A stretch of 40,000 bases of DNA, taken from contig CAVWJE010000001.1 of the NCBI GenBank assembly GCA_963755225.1, positions 324,005 to 364,004 on the forward strand, read 5' to 3'. Made by a program: the position numbers and the translations under genes. Within the stretch, counting starts at the first letter, position 1. Every line of letters begins with the position of its first letter. The notes beneath the pieces are model-generated. The model was not told the origin of the DNA. It made no database searches and saw nothing but the letters and a program-made list of their open reading frames with translations. This DNA comes from an uncultured Acidobacteriota bacterium (lineage in GTDB: Bacteria; Acidobacteriota; Terriglobia; Terriglobales; Acidobacteriaceae). Positions 37,367 through 40,000 of the stretch are shown here, one piece after another.

Positions 37367-39640
37367 ATGGTGAATATCGCCGCCAATGAGGTAGACGAGT
37401 TTTTGCGGGTGTTCTTTGCCCCGCCCAATCAAGTCAGTTGGCAGCAAATCGAGAGTTCTCCTGCGCACGCATGGGTGCGAAGATGGGTGGACCGGTTGAG
37501 AGAACAACCTCGACGGGCGACTGTTCTGCCGTTTATCCATGAAGATCACCGTGGGAAGCTTTGGCACTTGAATTACGGCATAGCCTTTTCGGAAACCGAG
37601 TTTCGGCAGTTGGGCAGCGACCTCGAAGCTTTCGTTGGCCCGACGTTCTCAAATTTTCGACTCCACCGTGCTCGTCTTAGTCCGGATAGGACCATGCAGC
37701 AGGCTGTTCTGCAACTATCATCTGGATTCGCATATCGTTTTTTCAGCCCGGCGGATCCCGCAGGAGCTGAAAACTTCCGCAACGCGCTTGAGTTCATGGA
37801 TCAAGTGACCTCAAGAGAACAACCTCGACGACGGGAACTCCAACAGTCAACGGGGCGGATGCTGCGCGACTTTTACACATCGTTGGAGACTGGACAAAGG
37901 GATATCGCGCAAGGGCGAATTAACGACCTGCGAGAGCTAAACAGACTTGACGCACTGAATCTCAAGTTTCTTCAGATCCAGTTGCTTTCTCGATTGGGCA
38001 CGGCAAAAGAACTGTTAATGCTGTCTGGGTTGCCTGACGTGTTAGGGGCACGGCGACCTCTTCTCGTTACCCAAGTTCTGGTCCAAGCCGTTTACGCTTC
38101 GTTTATAGAAGAGTTCGAGAAACAAGGCGATGCTGCGGGGGCACTACAGGTATTTCGAGATAAGGTCCTGCCAACTTTCGGAACGTTGTACGCGACCCAA
38201 GCGGGTTTGTCAGCGCCCGAAGTGGCAAAGAGCGGAATGCTTCTGGCGGTTGCTTCGGACCCCCCTCGCAAAGAATTGTCGCGTCGTATTCTGAGCCAAG
38301 GCGTGTCTGATCCAGTTGGTCAGCAATGGCTGCAGAAGTTGTATGCCTTGTCGGAGGTTCCTCCGACCTCAGTCGAGAAGGTTGCGGACTTATTGCAGGC
38401 TGCGGAAAGTGCGTTGGCGGTAGAGGATTACGATGGCGCATTTATGTTGCTCCGGGATTGTCCGATTTCACTGGGAGTGGCCCAAAAGCTGATCTCAGTC
38501 GCTATTGAGTTACAAACTCTAGAAGCTTACGAAATTGCCCGAAGAGCGTATTCACAACTTAGTTCGAGGGAGAAGGAGGTGTTGCAGTCCAGTCGGGCAC
38601 GCCGCATTATTCTTCAGGAAGTTTTGCAAGCTGGGTTGCCAGTCACCGAGGTAACTGAGCGACTTCCTCAGAACTGGTTTGACTGGGCCATTCTGCTGCA
38701 GCGGCACGCAGACAGGAAGGGTTGGTACAAGGTAGGTCAGCGGGGCAGTATGGAATGGGCTGGATTTGAGACTCTAGAAGACCCTGAGAAGTTGTTAGGA
38801 CTGACAAGCATGCTGCTGGAACTGCAGAGAAATTCTGAAGTTCATATGGCGGTGCCACACTTAGTCTTTTCGCTCCGCTCACGCGAGCGCCAGGTATCGC
38901 CTGAGTTGACGGCTCTTTTTTCAGCTCTGATGACGATCCTGGCGATCAACAAAGATTGCTCGGTTATGGATCTCAGGCTCTGGGCTGACCTGGCCGACAC
39001 CGTCCTTGAAGCGGGCCCCGCCCCCAACGACTATCGCGATCTTATTGAACAGGCGACGCTCCTCTGGCAAATGTACAATGCGCCGGAGGCAATTGATTGG
39101 GCACTGGATGTTCTGGATACTTTGTCGATCCATCCGTGCCGCGATTCCAAGGCACGTTCCGATTTTATTTCTGCTATCGTTGCAAGCTTCGGTTCCTTTC
39201 CTCAACGTCTTTCATCGGAGCAATTGCATTTCTTTCAGCAACTGTGCTCGGAGTGTGGGGAACTCAGCGCAGCGAATGCCTTCGCGGGTCGACCGGGTGA
39301 ACCGGTCGAGCGTTCTTCGATCTATTCTCAATTGAGGAATAGGACTCTTGCCGTTTATAGTCTCACGGAACACGCGAGCAGGCGATTCAAGGGTCTGGTG
39401 GAGAGTTGGTTCCCGGGAGCCAGGGTTGTGCTGAGCCACGATAAGGTAGGTAACCCAGCGCTGCAAAAGATGGCTGAAAACGCCGACATCTTCTTGGTTG
39501 TTCCAAGCAGCGCAAAACATGCCGCTACTACCTTTATTGAAGAGCACCGCCCAAAGCAAAAACCCACGCTTTTTGCTCAAGGAAGAGGAACAACGGGGAT
39601 GCTGAATACCTTGTTGGAGTATTTGAGGGAAGCAGCTTAA
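37367..39640 (+). CDS. 758-aa protein of unknown function closing the operon (possible DpdD equivalent)
   Basis: Intact ORF with its ATG at 37367, 8 nt after the dpdK stop. It looks long and mostly helical, and ends in a short alpha/beta-like segment (RTLAVYSLTEHASRRFKGLVESWFPGARVVLSHDKVGNPALQKMAENADIFLVVPSSAKHAATTFIEEH). The DpdD suggestion is by elimination only. Confidence 0.35.
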   Translation: MVNIAANEVDEFLRVFFAPPNQVSWQQIESSPAHAWVRRWVDRLREQPRRATVLPFIHEDHRGKLWHLNYGIAFSETEFRQLGSDLEAFVGPTFSNFRLHRARLSPDRTMQQAVLQLSSGFAYRFFSPADPAGAENFRNALEFMDQVTSREQPRRRELQQSTGRMLRDFYTSLETGQRDIAQGRINDLRELNRLDALNLKFLQIQLLSRLGTAKELLMLSGLPDVLGARRPLLVTQVLVQAVYASFIEEFEKQGDAAGALQVFRDKVLPTFGTLYATQAGLSAPEVAKSGMLLAVASDPPRKELSRRILSQGVSDPVGQQWLQKLYALSEVPPTSVEKVADLLQAAESALAVEDYDGAFMLLRDCPISLGVAQKLISVAIELQTLEAYEIARRAYSQLSSREKEVLQSSRARRIILQEVLQAGLPVTEVTERLPQNWFDWAILLQRHADRKGWYKVGQRGSMEWAGFETLEDPEKLLGLTSMLLELQRNSEVHMAVPHLVFSLRSRERQVSPELTALFSALMTILAINKDCSVMDLRLWADLADTVLEAGPAPNDYRDLIEQATLLWQMYNAPEAIDWALDVLDTLSIHPCRDSKARSDFISAIVASFGSFPQRLSSEQLHFFQQLCSECGELSAANAFAGRPGEPVERSSIYSQLRNRTLAVYSLTEHASRRFKGLVESWFPGARVVLSHDKVGNPALQKMAENADIFLVVPSSAKHAATTFIEEHRPKQKPTLFAQGRGTTGMLNTLLEYLREAA

Positions 39641-39802
39641 CTTACCGAAACCGCAAATCGGACGAGTCTTTGGGGTTAGAGATTGTGCACCGGCAGATCA
39701 AGTCAAATTGAGTTATTTGTTTTCAGATTGGCTCACATTGAGGGCAGATTCTCATGGCACTTGATAGCTTGTCCCAAGTCGATAATAGGGGAGTTCAAGA
39801 GT

Positions 39803-40000
39803 TCAAGGTGTCGGCTCAATACTTGCAGCATCGATAAGTTCGACGTCCTCATACCAGGGGACGCCTGCTCGAATGTTCCTCGCTATCTGAACCAGCGCGG
39901 CTACAATCAGAGAGCGGCCCACCTTCGTGTCGTAACTGGTGGACGTCCACGCGACCTTCCAAAACTTGCGCTCCTGATTCGAGAGCACTTCATCCACCAA
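39803..40000 (-). CDS. partial CDS (C-terminal 65 aa; start beyond window end), hypothetical
   Basis: Minus-strand ORF open to the window edge and convergent with the dpd operon: ...SNQERKFWKVAWTSTSYDTKVGRSLIVAALVQIARNIRAGVPWYEDVELIDAASIEPTP*. No family recognised. Confidence 0.4.
   Translation of the reverse strand: MVDEVLSNQERKFWKVAWTSTSYDTKVGRSLIVAALVQIARNIRAGVPWYEDVELIDAASIEPTP

Noticed and set aside
39765-39800. Tandem GAGTTCAA-GAGTTCAAG near the convergent gene ends
   Set aside because: There are only two short copies, no further structure and no similarity to other intergenic regions in the window. This is most likely chance.
1-40000. CRISPR arrays, tRNA/rRNA genes, integrase, IS elements, att direct repeats
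   Set aside because: I saw no periodic repeat-spacer structure, no T-loop/cloverleaf-like segment in the intergenic regions, and no transposase or tyrosine/serine recombinase motif in any ORF. This is a scan by eye and therefore limited.

Overview
Most of the window (about 14.0-39.6 kb, all on the + strand) is a Dpd-type 7-deazaguanine DNA modification/restriction island. In order it holds an excisionase-like HTH gene and a preQ0 supply operon (queC-queE-queD-folE2). Next is a modification module: a dpdC-like ORF, a DGQQR/DndB-like dpdB, the TGT-like dpdA and a second dpdB paralog. After a 250-bp gap comes an ~18-kb effector arm: SNF2 helicase dpdE, RecQ-like dpdF, dpdG/H/I-like ORFs including a ~1000-aa P-loop NTPase, a ~1540-aa DEAD/DEAH helicase dpdJ, the single-HKD PLD nuclease dpdK, and an unassigned 758-aa ORF. 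Directly upstream (10.4-13.7 kb, - strand) lies mobile-element backbone: an SRAP peptidase, a large ParB-like protein and ArdC antirestriction. The left 10 kb holds the edge of a RiPP/lasso-type cluster (B2 start, PqqD, ABC exporter), a divergent pair of HTH/LexA-like regulators, small hypotheticals, membrane proteins, an ABM-fold protein and a DUF4238 protein. I recognised no rRNA, tRNA, CRISPR array, integrase or att site. As given, at least ten reading-frame breaks interrupt clearly continuous proteins (ABC exporter x2, ParB start, ardC, folE2, dpdC-like, dpdE x2, dpdI-like, dpdJ), and several sit at short homopolymers. These are either indel sequencing errors or real decay of the island; I cannot tell which from the sequence. 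All functional calls come from motif recognition by eye and gene context. No database search, HMM or composition statistic was run.
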